Virus record (IMG/VR): IMGVR_UViG_3300045591_000321
Span: 3-64,002 of that record
Strand: one strand, 5' to 3'
DNA length: 64,000 nt
Origin: a virus
Lineage: Duplodnaviria; Caudoviricetes
Shown: piece after piece, positions 45,767-56,800 of the stretch
How the letters are laid out: the number at the start of each line of letters is the position of its first letter
How positions within the stretch are numbered: position 1 is the stretch's first letter
Made by a program: the position numbers and the translations under genes
Notes under the pieces: model-generated
What the model saw: only the letters and a program-made list of their open reading frames with translations
Told to the model about the DNA's origin: nothing
Databases searched by the model: none

Positions 45767-46029
45767 TTTTGTTCCTCCATCTCGTTTTCACGGCCCAGCA
45801 GCCAGTCAACGGAAACGTTCAGAATGTCGGCCAGCGCGGCAAGCTCGCGGTCATTGACGTAACGGATCTGCCCCTCCAGCTTCGACAGGCCGGAGGCATT
45901 CATATCCACCCCGTTCACCTGAAGCTGTGCCAGAAGCTCTTTTTGCTTCATACCCTGCTTTTTGCGGGCGGCCTCAATGCGGGCACCCACCATATTCCGG
46001 GTACCCAACTCCCTTTTACGCAATCTCAT
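45763..46029 (-). CDS. XRE-family HTH regulator
   Basis: VGARI..AR...MKQKELLAQL...LSKLEGQ.R. Confidence 0.85.
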   Translation of the reverse strand: MRLRKRELGTRNMVGARIEAARKKQGMKQKELLAQLQVNGVDMNASGLSKLEGQIRYVNDRELAALADILNVSVDWLLGRENEMEEQK

Positions 46030-46034
46030 GATTT

Positions 46035-46229
46035 TTATCTCCCTTCGTTCTGATGGTGAAGTTTCCTGATGGATTCTTTGGAAGTGCGGCTTCTTTTGGC
46101 TTCACGCATATATTCCTCGAAAATCGTATTAGCGCGGTCGGTATCAATCGGAAGGCCAAACGCTGAACTCTGCATTCTGACAATATCGCGGGCGGCAAGC
46201 TGCAGGGCGATTTCGGCATCAGTTTTCAT
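46035..46229 (-). CDS. Hypothetical protein
   Basis: Coupled small ORF. Confidence 0.5.
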   Translation of the reverse strand: MKTDAEIALQLAARDIVRMQSSAFGLPIDTDRANTIFEEYMREAKRSRTSKESIRKLHHQNEGR

Positions 46230-46468
46230 GGCTCGTCCCCCACTGGCTTGCGTGCGTAGGCAAATAAAGCCTGCTGATATTGGGCGCTAACATTTCTGAT
46301 TTCTGGCGGCACCGTCTGCCCTCTTTTTCTTGCTTTTTCCCAACCGGCCAGAAACTTCTGCACATGGATAAACGCTGGAAAATCTTTTGCTGGAATATCA
46401 AAATCTCTCAGGTCGTAAAAGCCTGGGATTGGGACATAGTTTTCGGTGCTTTCTTTGTATCTCTTCAT
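46226..46468 (-). CDS. Hypothetical protein
   Basis: Coupled small ORF. Confidence 0.5.
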   Translation of the reverse strand: MKRYKESTENYVPIPGFYDLRDFDIPAKDFPAFIHVQKFLAGWEKARKRGQTVPPEIRNVSAQYQQALFAYARKPVGDEP

Positions 46469-46686
46469 GCGTCGCTCCATTCCGGCTTGTATTCCCGGTT
46501 CCAGCATTCACGGCACAGGTTTAGTGCTTTGACCTGAATCGGCTTTTTCTGCCGCCCGACGTACTCGATTCGCGGGCATCCCGTAATATTAGGCAGACCA
46601 TACCACGACGGGCAATGAACTGCTGCAATTGAGTCGGCATCCATACCATCAGGATTTAGCTGGGCGGCTTTGTCGACAATTCTCAT
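46465..46686 (-). CDS. Small Cys-containing hypothetical protein
   Basis: CP..YGL...C...CRECWN. Confidence 0.55.
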   Translation of the reverse strand: MRIVDKAAQLNPDGMDADSIAAVHCPSWYGLPNITGCPRIEYVGRQKKPIQVKALNLCRECWNREYKPEWSDA

Positions 46687-47168
46687 GTTTCGCTCCCTTC
46701 CGGTTTGCGGGCGTGGCGGTCAGGCCAATGGCGGCGGCACCTCATGCAATCCTCATAGCTAAAAGCACTGTGCTTCGGGCTGCATTTCTGGTTATCGCAT
46801 CCTTCACACGTCAGCGGCTTGTTTTCCGGGGCGGCTACGGTTGCCTGATCATCAATAGTCCGCAGAATGGTTTCTTTTATCGCGGGCGTAAAAAGACTCT
46901 CGCCGGCGAGGAAAATTTGCAAGTGCTGTATTTCTTCCGACAGCACGTCGGCATCAATCAGCCTTTTGTTTTCCGGGGCGGCGCGGCGGAGCTGTTCGGC
47001 AAGGCTATCACTGATGGCCTTCAGGTGTTCATCCGTATCCTTTTTTTCGGCGGCCATTTTCTCCAGCGCATCAGCGGCGAGGTCCATAATGCCCATATGC
47101 CGCCCTAAACTGCCTCCGTTCGACAGTCCATAACGGCGCAGTTCTTCAATTAATTCAGGAATCTCCAT
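46683..47168 (-). CDS. Hypothetical protein
   Basis: Starts MEIPELIEELRR; C-terminal Cys cluster. Confidence 0.55.
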   Translation of the reverse strand: MEIPELIEELRRYGLSNGGSLGRHMGIMDLAADALEKMAAEKKDTDEHLKAISDSLAEQLRRAAPENKRLIDADVLSEEIQHLQIFLAGESLFTPAIKETILRTIDDQATVAAPENKPLTCEGCDNQKCSPKHSAFSYEDCMRCRRHWPDRHARKPEGSET

Positions 47169-47553
47169 CTTTATGCGCCTCCTCATACTCATCAAGAGCA
47201 TCAACGTAAGTATGATCAACGGCCCGATATGCGGTATCCAGCATATCTGTAATGCGGTCCTCATACCGCTTGTTGGCCGTTCTCGCAAGCTCTCGGCCGT
47301 CCCACAGGTCCCACAGCCGATCACGCTCGGCGTCCGTGATATCGCCGTACCCGTAAGCTTCAGCGATATCGTCTCGGCTACCATAACCGTCAAGGTCCGT
47401 ATAGGCCGTGTCCGGGTGCTCCATTTCCTCCTTGTTGCGCAGCCCGAGTTTGCGCTTGCGGTACTGTACGGTCGCATTGGCAATAATTTTACGGGCGACC
47501 GCAATATCTTTTTTGATCTGGCGATACTCGACCTCGGATTGGATTTTTTCCAT
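47155..47553 (-). CDS. Hypothetical protein
   Basis: Coupled ORF. Confidence 0.6.
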   Translation of the reverse strand: MEKIQSEVEYRQIKKDIAVARKIIANATVQYRKRKLGLRNKEEMEHPDTAYTDLDGYGSRDDIAEAYGYGDITDAERDRLWDLWDGRELARTANKRYEDRITDMLDTAYRAVDHTYVDALDEYEEAHKDGDS

Positions 47554-48158
47554 CAGCGCTCAACCTGCCTTTCCAGAAAACAAATGATTCCATTGCGCTC
47601 CGTCACCCGCATTTCTGAAATATCATCTGGGGTTATGTAGCATCTGCCGTAAATTTCGCGCATATGGCTCCAGGTATACCATGGGATTCGGTAATAGACC
47701 CTGAGGCTGAACGACACAACCACATAACAGTCCGCGCCCAGGGCCAAATGGGAATCGAGATTCCTTTGCTGTTCATCGGTGACGGCCGTCCGCTCGATCC
47801 GGTCCTTTTCGGTTGCCTTGGCGTCAAACACAATGGATTTTCCACCCCGAAGAGTGCCTTTGAAATCCGGCTGCGCTTTTTTCTCGAAATGGCCCAAGAA
47901 GCCAAGGAACTTTCCTTTTTTGTCATATTGCTTGTCCGTCACTGCGAACGGCTCCGGAGTCTTTTCGATGAAAGCGACGCCCTCGTTCTTGTAGGCTTCA
48001 CAGGCCACCTTTAAGCGTTCCTCAAACGCAAGGCCAAGTTCGCGGCTGCGGCGGCCCTGCCATTGCCGCTTGGGGTCCCGATGCTGTTTCAGCATTGCCG
48101 GGGAGAAGTTCTCCCATCCCCTATACCCCAAGATATCCACGCTCCTCGGCCAGATCAT
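47553..48158 (-). CDS. recU: RecU-family Holliday junction resolvase
   Basis: G..FE, IEKTPEP, KAQPDFKG, FDAKAT. Confidence 0.85.
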   Translation of the reverse strand: MIWPRSVDILGYRGWENFSPAMLKQHRDPKRQWQGRRSRELGLAFEERLKVACEAYKNEGVAFIEKTPEPFAVTDKQYDKKGKFLGFLGHFEKKAQPDFKGTLRGGKSIVFDAKATEKDRIERTAVTDEQQRNLDSHLALGADCYVVVSFSLRVYYRIPWYTWSHMREIYGRCYITPDDISEMRVTERNGIICFLERQVER

Positions 48159-48360
48159 GGAGCTTTTTCAGCGTGACGGCTCCAATACCGCGAATCCCGT
48201 CAATATCGTGAAGAAAAGCTTCCACGCCATCTCTGAAGGCCTCGCTTTTCTCCTGCTCAAGATATTCCACGAGCTCCTTGTCGGTCTTTTTACGAACCCG
48301 AACCGCGACCGCGTGATTTTCCTTTTCCTCCGGTGTACACCGGCAATTACGTTTCTTCAT
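48121..48360 (-). CDS. Small protein with HhH-like motif
   Basis: IRGIGAVTLKKL. Confidence 0.5.
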   Translation of the reverse strand: MKKRNCRCTPEEKENHAVAVRVRKKTDKELVEYLEQEKSEAFRDGVEAFLHDIDGIRGIGAVTLKKLHDLAEERGYLGV

Positions 48361-48793
48361 TTTTGCTATCCCTCGATTTCCATTTTTCCCAGCATTGCTT
48401 GCATGCGTCATCACAGGCTTTTTCTCCATCAGAGCCACAGGGCCACATGCTGGGCTTGGTTGTATGCGAAACCCACTCGCACGCCTCACCGATTTCGCTT
48501 TCCGGAGCCCACCGTGGCGGCAACTTTGCCTTTTGTCTGGATTTTTCCTGAGGCGGCACCGAACCGGTTTTATCCAAAAATTTTATTTTGTGGGGGAAGC
48601 ATTCAATCACAGACCCGTCGTCAAGCTCAACAATTCCGAGCGTATATGTAAGTTGCCCGGCGGGTGCACCGCCGATGGTGGCCGCTGCGGCGACGGGCTG
48701 CGCCTTTTCTTCCCACTGGTGGAACAACCCCTTCTGCTTCTTGTCTACCATGCAGGGCCTCAGACCGTGATTCTGCTCACCCATGACGCTCAT
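48347..48793 (-). CDS. Hypothetical protein
   Basis: KGLFHQW...GIVELDDG pattern. Confidence 0.55.
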   Translation of the reverse strand: MSVMGEQNHGLRPCMVDKKQKGLFHQWEEKAQPVAAAATIGGAPAGQLTYTLGIVELDDGSVIECFPHKIKFLDKTGSVPPQEKSRQKAKLPPRWAPESEIGEACEWVSHTTKPSMWPCGSDGEKACDDACKQCWEKWKSRDSKNEET

Positions 48794-49787
48794 ATCCCTT
48801 CACTGCCTTGTCCGTTCCAATGGCCGCCATGAATTTGGCGTAGCAGTCCGGGCAAGCATATCCGATTGCCATTGCCGCCGCGCCGCGCTTCTCGCGGGAC
48901 AGAAGCGCCATCATCGCCTTTTTGGGCTGCTCCTGTTTACAGAACGAGCACCGACCATCACGAAGGGGATGCTTGACGTGCCTGTGAACCTGCAGTTGCT
49001 GTGGAAATTCCTGAATGAGTTCTTCTCCCATGATGGGAGCCAGCTTCTCCTTGAGAAAAACCGGAACCTTATTCCGTTGGGCCTCCTCGACGATGAATTC
49101 GATTTCGGCCCGATTCGGCTTGACTTTGCCTTTCCGGTTCCCTGTTTCCGGCCCGACGATGATCCAATCAACGAGGGGGGCCGCGCCGGTGTCCGGCGTC
49201 AAGCAGAGGAAAATCGGCTCCATGATGGGTTCAATACTAACGAATCGACGAGCTTCACCCGGTAGGGCCTGTAACGCTTGGAGCCGATAAAGCTCCGACG
49301 TTCGCGTGACGGTGGTCCCATACCAGTAATTCTCCCCATGTGGGAGGATTCCCTCCGCCTCCAGCTGCCCGTATCTGGCCGGGTTTTTCGTCAGGAAAAG
49401 ATAGTTGTTCTGCGGGAATTTCGCACAGGCGTCCATGACCATCTGAATCCACTCGTTTGGCACCCAGGCCCCGAAGAGGTCAGCCATGGAGCACACGAAT
49501 ACGTTGACGCCGGTTTTGAATTGCCGCAGGGTATCCAAGCGGTAACGGTGAAGCGTCGGATTGAATCCATACGGGTAAGAGATATGCCGCCCGCTGGACG
49601 CATCCATAGGCTCGTCCAGCACAAAAAGGTCCGTATCCTGCCACCTCTGCGCACCCGAAATATTCAAGCGCACATCCCCGGAGAACCGCCGTGATTGCTT
49701 TTCCGCGTAGCAGTAAGGGCAGCCATGCCGGCAACCGGTAACAGGATTCCAAGTGTAATCAGCCCAATCTATTCGCGTTTTGTTCAT
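48777..49787 (-). CDS. DUF5131 (Gp37/Gp68) family protein
   Basis: TRIDWAD.TWNPVTGC..GC.YCYA, FVCSMADLF, FLTKNP, WIIVGPETG. Confidence 0.88.
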   Translation of the reverse strand: MNKTRIDWADYTWNPVTGCRHGCPYCYAEKQSRRFSGDVRLNISGAQRWQDTDLFVLDEPMDASSGRHISYPYGFNPTLHRYRLDTLRQFKTGVNVFVCSMADLFGAWVPNEWIQMVMDACAKFPQNNYLFLTKNPARYGQLEAEGILPHGENYWYGTTVTRTSELYRLQALQALPGEARRFVSIEPIMEPIFLCLTPDTGAAPLVDWIIVGPETGNRKGKVKPNRAEIEFIVEEAQRNKVPVFLKEKLAPIMGEELIQEFPQQLQVHRHVKHPLRDGRCSFCKQEQPKKAMMALLSREKRGAAAMAIGYACPDCYAKFMAAIGTDKAVKGYERHG

Positions 49788-51739
49788 GCTGCGCCAACTC
49801 CAATCTTTGTTTTTCCGGTTCGAGCGGCCATGTCTCGCTCAAATTTTTGTATGGCTGCGTGGATCTCCTTTGTCATGTCCCCATTGCCAAAACGACGGCA
49901 CTGAATGACCCGGCCTTTGTTGTATTCAACGGTGTAATACGATTTATCCGGTTCTGACGCCTTCCGTAAGAAAAGGATTACGGTGCCTTTCCGAGCGACT
50001 CTTTCGACATAAGTCGCGACGCAGTTGTGCTGATCTTGGCCCTCTTTGCGGATATCCTCCGCACAGCGCGGAATTACCATAACCAGATCCTTGTACTCCC
50101 AATGAAAACGTGAGTTATAATCTTGGTACATTTCCCGAATCTTCCGATCCGCCGCTTCGTCTTTCTTTGCTTCCCACAGATCCATTGCTTCATCGTGCGC
50201 CTTCTGCAAGTCTTTCGGGAACAGAATGAATTCATTTTTGAGGTTCCACCTCAACCCTTTGCAGAAGCCGATATAATCACGCCAGGTGGTAAATGAATCA
50301 GACGCGTCACAGCCATTCCAATGTTTGTGAACCATCGGTTTGAAATATTTGAGAATTTTGTACGTCGTGCTGACCCTCAGTGAAAAGATTTCCCTGTGAG
50401 CGCCGATGATGGCTTCTATCTCACGGACTTCATCGGCCGTGGTGGCTTTCCCAGCCTTATAAGCCGCTTGGAAAAGACGTAGCTCATCTTTGGTCGGATT
50501 CATCGCTTTCAACTCGGGAATCCATGATTTTGGCACACCAAGCAGCTCCGGAATACTCTTCGCTTTTTCGCTGAGATCGCCGCCGTGGAAGTCTTCATCG
50601 ACCAACCGTGAAAATCCCATCTTGATCAGGTACTCATAGCACGGCTTGTACCTTTGCAGAAATGCCAGCACATTGAATTTTTTCCCCGGGTTGGACTCGA
50701 GAAGAGTCCAGAGGCTGCTATATTGGCACTTGGTATCTGCGAGAATTCCCTTCAGGTTTTTTGAGTAGACCGCGCTGTCGTAATAGACTCCGGCATTTAC
50801 ATCATCTTTCCAGCGGGTGACATTGTAATCCGGGCGGAATTCGGCATAGCTAAAACAGTCAGAGCCCTTAATTTCAAATTTTTTATCGGAAAATGCCCTC
50901 ATTTCCTCGCTTACATAGAATCCGGGTGCGCGGTAATTTTCCCTGTAGTTTTTGCAAACGCTGAACCCTCGAAAGACGAATTCGTTTCCAACGCGCTGTA
51001 TGAGCGTGGCATATTTCCGATCAACGACACACGTTGATTTTCCAATTGCTTTGAAAGTGACCGGACTGCCGCACCGCGGGCATACTCCCGATTTCCCATG
51101 GTGAGGATGCTCAACCTTGACGTCGTGGTGGCAATGAGTGCAGTAGCCGTCCATCTGTTTCCGGTCTTTGTATTCGTAAAATATGTACCGGCTCTCGAAC
51201 AGCGCCGTTTCCTCAACCCAGTGTTTCCATCCGTGCGGCAAAGAGGGGACAACCTCCATCCGCTTGTCAATTTTCGCAATAATCTTTTTGTAGCGAACCA
51301 TTTTACGATTCATCAGGACTTCTTCCTGAAATTTTCTGATGATTTCGAGTGGATCGCCGGATTTTTTGAAGCTCTTATAGAACTGCGTGACCCGTTCAAC
51401 CGATTCATCGTCTGCGAAGGTCACCCAGTCTTTATTTGAGTAGTCCTCCCAGTGCCATGCAATGGAATAAAGTTGCCCGGTAAGCCAGTGGACGGATTTA
51501 CTTCCGAGGTCCTGCGTGATATAATTATCGTGTGTGAGAAATACACGGTATGCTGCTTCTGCCTTTCCTTTCCGCATTTCCGCTGCGGGGAAAAGATACA
51601 GGAGCAGCGTTTTTTTGTGCCCGCAGAGGCGCACATCGGTCCGCGCGATATACTTTGCGGCTTTGACCCGCTTTGCCAGACTGATATCCTGCGGTGTCGC
51701 CACCATGGCCGGAACCTGTCTGCAAGCTCGTTTATCCAA
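49784..51739 (-). CDS. PcfJ-like protein
   Basis: WRDYI.FC..L.W.L....LFPKDL..AHD, EG.DQHNCVATY, YYTVEY. Confidence 0.85.
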   Translation of the reverse strand: MDKRACRQVPAMVATPQDISLAKRVKAAKYIARTDVRLCGHKKTLLLYLFPAAEMRKGKAEAAYRVFLTHDNYITQDLGSKSVHWLTGQLYSIAWHWEDYSNKDWVTFADDESVERVTQFYKSFKKSGDPLEIIRKFQEEVLMNRKMVRYKKIIAKIDKRMEVVPSLPHGWKHWVEETALFESRYIFYEYKDRKQMDGYCTHCHHDVKVEHPHHGKSGVCPRCGSPVTFKAIGKSTCVVDRKYATLIQRVGNEFVFRGFSVCKNYRENYRAPGFYVSEEMRAFSDKKFEIKGSDCFSYAEFRPDYNVTRWKDDVNAGVYYDSAVYSKNLKGILADTKCQYSSLWTLLESNPGKKFNVLAFLQRYKPCYEYLIKMGFSRLVDEDFHGGDLSEKAKSIPELLGVPKSWIPELKAMNPTKDELRLFQAAYKAGKATTADEVREIEAIIGAHREIFSLRVSTTYKILKYFKPMVHKHWNGCDASDSFTTWRDYIGFCKGLRWNLKNEFILFPKDLQKAHDEAMDLWEAKKDEAADRKIREMYQDYNSRFHWEYKDLVMVIPRCAEDIRKEGQDQHNCVATYVERVARKGTVILFLRKASEPDKSYYTVEYNKGRVIQCRRFGNGDMTKEIHAAIQKFERDMAARTGKTKIGVGAA

Positions 51740-51753
51740 AAAAACACCCCCTT

Positions 51754-52248
51754 TTAGAAAAATGATATCTGGCCGGCATCCTGCTTCTTAGCCTCTTTCT
51801 CGGCGGCCTTTTCGGCCTTTTTCTCGGCCTCGGTCTTCTTTTTTTCTTCCTCCTGCTGTTTTCGGCGCTCCGCAGATTTGGCGCGCTCTTCGGCAGCCCG
51901 TTTGTCTGCCTCTTCCTTTTTGCGCTTGTTCTCGGCCTCTATGGCCGCGTCATCGAGGTTGTAATACTCCCGCATCCAGCCATAAACCGTATCCGCTGGC
52001 ATCGGAACGCAAGCGGTATTTCCGTGCTCCTTTGGAACATACTCCTTAGCTTTCTGAGTGATATAGGCGATGCACTTGTCGAGCGTCTTCTGTTCCTGAA
52101 GAATCAGTTTGGCAAGCGCTTCATCTGATTGGCAGGCTTCTATCGCGTAATCGGCAATGGACTCTGCCATATAGGCATTTACGTTTTTCTTTGAATCTTC
52201 TTTTTCGGCATCAAGCTTTTTCATTGCCGCATCAATTGCTTCTGACAT
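51754..52248 (-). CDS. PcfK-like / AcrIIA9-family-like protein
   Basis: KTLDKCIAYI..KAK...DTVYGWMREYY directly upstream of pcfJ; QISFF tail. Confidence 0.6.
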   Translation of the reverse strand: MSEAIDAAMKKLDAEKEDSKKNVNAYMAESIADYAIEACQSDEALAKLILQEQKTLDKCIAYITQKAKEYVPKEHGNTACVPMPADTVYGWMREYYNLDDAAIEAENKRKKEEADKRAAEERAKSAERRKQQEEEKKKTEAEKKAEKAAEKEAKKQDAGQISFF

Positions 52249-53056
52249 TTTCGATTTCAGCTCCTTTCTGAAATGTAAAAAAGTAATATTTCTTCGAATC
52301 TACTTTTAATTCTGCTGGCTGGCACAACCTGTCCATCATGAGCATCGCCCGCCGCCAGTGCCACACATCGGAGCAATACATCGGGGTTATCCAAGTGTCT
52401 TCTGCCGGCTGCACAAGCAGTGGGTGTCCAGTCATGGGGTGCGCCAACGAATCCCTGACGATCACATAGCCGGGGCAGCCGAGTAAGGAAAGCTGTATGT
52501 AACACATGAGTCCGGCCGTCATGTCGATGTCCTGAGCCGCAAAAATAACGTGCTCTTGATAGTTGATATTCTGCTTCATACACGTCTCCGCAAACGCGAT
52601 CAGCATCGCACCGCCGCCGCAACACGGGTCGCATACGCTTGTCCAGCCCTTTTGTTTTATTTCATCTTTCAACCCGGAATCACATATGTCGGCCATGAAC
52701 TGGCAGATGTGGTATGGGGTGAAAAACTGGCCGTGCCAATGGCTTCCGAGGTCCAGCGCCATAAACATAGCGCCAAGGAAGTCCTGCCAGGGGTCCATTT
52801 CCAGCGCCTCAATGACGGCCTGTGCCATCACGGGGAACCGCTGCTGATCATCCTTGCCGTATCTCTGGATAATTTGCAGATACTGCTTTTCGCGGGAATC
52901 ATACTGACTTTTGTCTATGCTGTTGGAGATGGCCGCCGCGAACATATAGCAGAAATCGCTCCAGACTTCCCATGAACTGTGCGACCGGCAAATAGCCGAA
53001 AAGGAGTCCAACAAGAGTTTTTCATGGGCCGTCCTGGCCCTAATCGTTGATTTCAT
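52232..53056 (-). CDS. N-6 DNA methylase-like SAM-dependent methyltransferase
   Basis: GQFFTPYHIC, DPCCGGGAML, AQDID motifs. Confidence 0.8.
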   Translation of the reverse strand: MKSTIRARTAHEKLLLDSFSAICRSHSSWEVWSDFCYMFAAAISNSIDKSQYDSREKQYLQIIQRYGKDDQQRFPVMAQAVIEALEMDPWQDFLGAMFMALDLGSHWHGQFFTPYHICQFMADICDSGLKDEIKQKGWTSVCDPCCGGGAMLIAFAETCMKQNINYQEHVIFAAQDIDMTAGLMCYIQLSLLGCPGYVIVRDSLAHPMTGHPLLVQPAEDTWITPMYCSDVWHWRRAMLMMDRLCQPAELKVDSKKYYFFTFQKGAEIENVRSN

Positions 53057-53745
53057 GCCCGCCTCCCTTCATGTGACATGTCGTAATCGGCCATATCCCC
53101 CATGTCCTTGATTCCACGGCCCCGTAGTCGATTCAGGATTCCTCGGACATAGGCAAGATTCTTCTGGCCCATTTCCGCCGCGCGCTCAAATGCATATTCC
53201 ACCAGGTCGGGATCATGGATTATAAGCAGCTGCGCACAATTTTTTATTTCCGTTGGTGACGGGCTCTGCTGAAAGCATTCGGAAAACAGTATCTCCGGCG
53301 TAATCAAATTTCCGTTCTCGTCGCGGGCGCGCACATCATCACCATCATCATTATTTGTCTGGTTTGGTTTGGTTTCGTTTGGTTTATTATTGTTCGGGGT
53401 TTGTGTCGGGGTTTGTGTCGGGGTTTGTGTCGGCACTTGCGTCGGGGTTTGTGTCTGGAATTCAGACGCAAACGGGATTATATGATAAAGAGTTGACTGG
53501 TTCCCTTTTCGCTCCCGGTAATCGATTCGGCCCTTCTGCTTCAATTGGTTTCGGGCGGTATACAATGCATCCTTCCCTATACCAGTCTTAGATCGAAGCG
53601 TTGATATAGCCACGGAAAAATCCTTTGGCCATCTGGCTTTATTATCAATTGACATTAAAGCGTGCCATAGAGCGATTGCCGATGAGCTCATAGAATTCGA
53701 TTCCAGCCAATCATAGAACGCATTGATCTCTGCGATATAGTTCAG
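53053..53745 (-). CDS. Replication initiator with DnaD domain; probable CTG start
   Basis: GGAGG RBS, 7 nt, CTG AAC TAT ATC GCA GAG (xNYIAEINAFYDWL); C-terminal YAFERA...NLAYVRGIL DnaD-like domain. Confidence 0.82.
   Translation of the reverse strand: MNYIAEINAFYDWLESNSMSSSAIALWHALMSIDNKARWPKDFSVAISTLRSKTGIGKDALYTARNQLKQKGRIDYRERKGNQSTLYHIIPFASEFQTQTPTQVPTQTPTQTPTQTPNNNKPNETKPNQTNNDDGDDVRARDENGNLITPEILFSECFQQSPSPTEIKNCAQLLIIHDPDLVEYAFERAAEMGQKNLAYVRGILNRLRGRGIKDMGDMADYDMSHEGRRA
53361..53454. repeat. Iteron array (putative phage origin) within the initiator gene
   Basis: Five 12-bp units CGGGGTTTGTGT (53395-53454, one degenerate) next to 5-bp GGTTT repeats. Confidence 0.75.
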
Positions 53746-53825
53746 ACTGCTCCCTCCCTTCGGCGGATTTGAGGAATGAGCATTGGGGCGGGGAGCGGAT
53801 AAGCTTTCTTTTCATATTTTCCGCC

Positions 53826-56800
53826 TCATTCCAGCATAACGTGGCTGCCTGTATCGTCTTTGATTATATCTATGCTTTGTGGGAACCGAGATTTCATTTC
53901 GGGGTCGTGGGTAATTGCCATGACCTTCAGACCAGTGTACCGATGCTGTATGGTTTCCAACGCGTCGCAGTAGGCCTGTATGCCGTCGGCGTCCAGGAAG
54001 GGCGGCTCGTCAATGAACAGCATCCCGAGTTGAATGCCCGCCTGACTGCTCTTGATTTCGGCCAGTGAAAGGATTGCGGAAAGAGAAGCTTTTACCTTTT
54101 CACCGCCGGACTTAGAAAGGTAAGGCAAACTGTCCTTGCCGTATTCGTTGATCACAATGTCCAGCGTCGGCACTTCCTTCCGGGAATTGGATTTCAGCAC
54201 CTTGTCGGTGATGAATTCCATCCCCATCTTTCCACCAGTCATTTGGCCGAGAATGGTGTTGGCCGTCGTGGTGAGCAGCGGGAGCATGGAGCGGATAATA
54301 TTGTGAGGAATGCCATCCTGCGAAAAAGCCTGTTTGAGAGTGCTGTAAGTCGCCGATTGGTGGGAAAAGGCGTTCACTTCATCCTGCATGGAGCGAATCT
54401 CGGATTCTTTCTTTTTGATCTGCTCCAGACGCTCCGACAAACTACCGAGGCGGGCATGGATGGCGCTGATCTGGTCCTGCTTGGTAGAAACCAGGGCGGC
54501 AGCATCTTTCAGCTGCGCTTCCAGCTCATCCTTGCCGGCTGCATCCTTCATGGCCGCGTCATATTCGGCCCGAAGCATGGAAAGGCGGCTGAAGGTGTCG
54601 GAGATTTCCTTGTCGATTTCTTCAACGCGGCGCTGGGCCGTTGCTTTGCGTTCAGTGGCAACGGGGAGCTGTTTTCCTTTCTCGACCCATTCGCTTACCT
54701 GATTGATCTGTTCCCGCAGGGCACTGAGTTCTGCATCCATAGCCGCGATATTTGCCTTCAGCTTTTCAAGACCAGAAATTTCACTTTGCAGGGATTCCAG
54801 CCTTTCATTGGAATCATGGAGATTTTGTTCAATATGGGCTTTATTTTCGGTTTCCCGGTAAAGCATGTCCTGGTAAAGTCCAACCTTGGCATACTCGGCG
54901 GCCTGTGGCCGCAGTGTGTCCGCGCGGCCCCGGAGCCCCATGAGAGCGTCTGGGTCGTACCCGGTCCCCTGCTGCTTCGATTTGCCGGCTTCAAGCTCGC
55001 TTTTCATCTGCTCGAGACGGTGAAGCTGATTACTCTTCCATGCCGTGCAATCCGGGATATAGGTTTCAAGCTGTTTTTGGGCTGCCTTGGCGTCTGCAAG
55101 GAAACGGCATGATGCGTTTGCAACATCGACGCACTGGCTGTCCTTGAGCATTTTGGCTTTCGCCTGATACGTCTCGACGGCCCGCTTGCGCTCCGCCGCT
55201 TCGACCTTAAAAGAAGTCTCCGCTTCCGCAAATACAGCCTGCGCCTTGGAAAGCTGGTCGGAAATGTCCCGGTATTCGCGCTCCTTGGATTCCATGGCCG
55301 CGATCCCTGCGACAACGGATTGCAATTCTGCGGAAGCGCTCTCGCCCTTTTGAGCAGTGGCAATCTGCTGACCGATCGCCTCAATGCGCTGTCCGGCAGA
55401 AAGTTTGTTTTTTTCGGCCTGTCCAATATTGATTTTCAGAGTGGTAATTTGGGCCGACGTGGCATTCAGCGTTTCCAGCCGGGTGACGGCCGCCGAACGC
55501 CGCTGAAGAAGTTCCTTTTCCTTTTCTGCCAAAGCAGTGCTTTTTGAAGCGTTCGCGTGGATTACATCTTCGTCCCGCAAGATATCATCAGCCGAAGAGA
55601 TAATGCCGCGCTGTTCATTCTGAAGCCGTGTCAGCTCTGCGTTCTTGCCCTCGGCGGTATTGATATCCGTGGTAAGCTTTACGGCCTTGTCGAACGCCTC
55701 ACGTCGCCCGGCCAGCTTCAGTGAAATATTTTCCTTTTGGAGCATCGCCGTATCCAGCGCTGACTTTGCCGCAGTCGCTTCCTGACCGGTGGATTCGTAC
55801 TCGGCCCGAACAGCATCGGCCCCGGAAGCCTCCTGCGCTAGATTCGCGATAACAGCTTGCCGCCGCGCAATCTGCCGGCTTGCCTCCGCAACGCGATCCC
55901 GCGCAATGCCTTCCATTCCGTCGTAGATACCAAGGCCGAGGATATTACCGAGAATCGTCATGCGGTCCTCTTTGCTGGCCTCCAAAAACAAACCGTACTG
56001 GTCCTGCATGATAAGAGCGCAGCTCCGGAAGGTGAGGCTGTCCATGCCGAGGACGTCAATAATGGCCGCTTGGGTCTCTTTGATTCTTTCGGAAGACCTG
56101 TCTTCCCACTCTCCGCTCACAAATTCGGAGAGATTCAACGTTGCCTTCCCGGATTTTGTCCGGGTGCGCGTAACCCTGAAAGTGTGGTCTCCAATGGAAA
56201 ACACGAAAATGATGGAACCGCTGTGAGCACTCTCGTCGGCCCGTATCCACCCGGTAAGGTCCCCTTCGCGCGGTTCTTCATATAGGCAATCGAGAATCGC
56301 GTCCATGAACAGACTTGACTTTCCGGCACCATTTTTTCCGTTAATAGTACAAAAAGAAACATTACCAAAATCGAAATGCTCGTCTGAATAGTTACGGTAA
56401 TTTTTTACCTCAATGCTGATTGGAACAAAGGCGCCGGTGTACCGCGACGCCTGATTTCCAGCCGTGGCCTCCGCAATTATCGGACGGGCGGCTTCGATGA
56501 TCACGCCGATATCGGAATCCGGCAGCCCTTTTTCCTTCAGATAATCCACCAGGTTTTTTTCCGGGTCTGTCTTTTCGGAAAGTTCCTCCTTGCTGGTTCC
56601 AATGGTCACCTTTTCCGGCTCAATCCCGGCCACCCAAAACGCCCCGAACGCATCATAGAGATCATGCTCCATCTCAGCACGGTTCAGCGCCTTGTTTTGC
56701 TCTTCGGTGCAGGTATAGAGGACGCGGACAATTTTGTCTTTTGCCTCTATGCACGGATTTACCGGAAGAAAGCCACCATTGATATAGGCGTCAATCTTCT

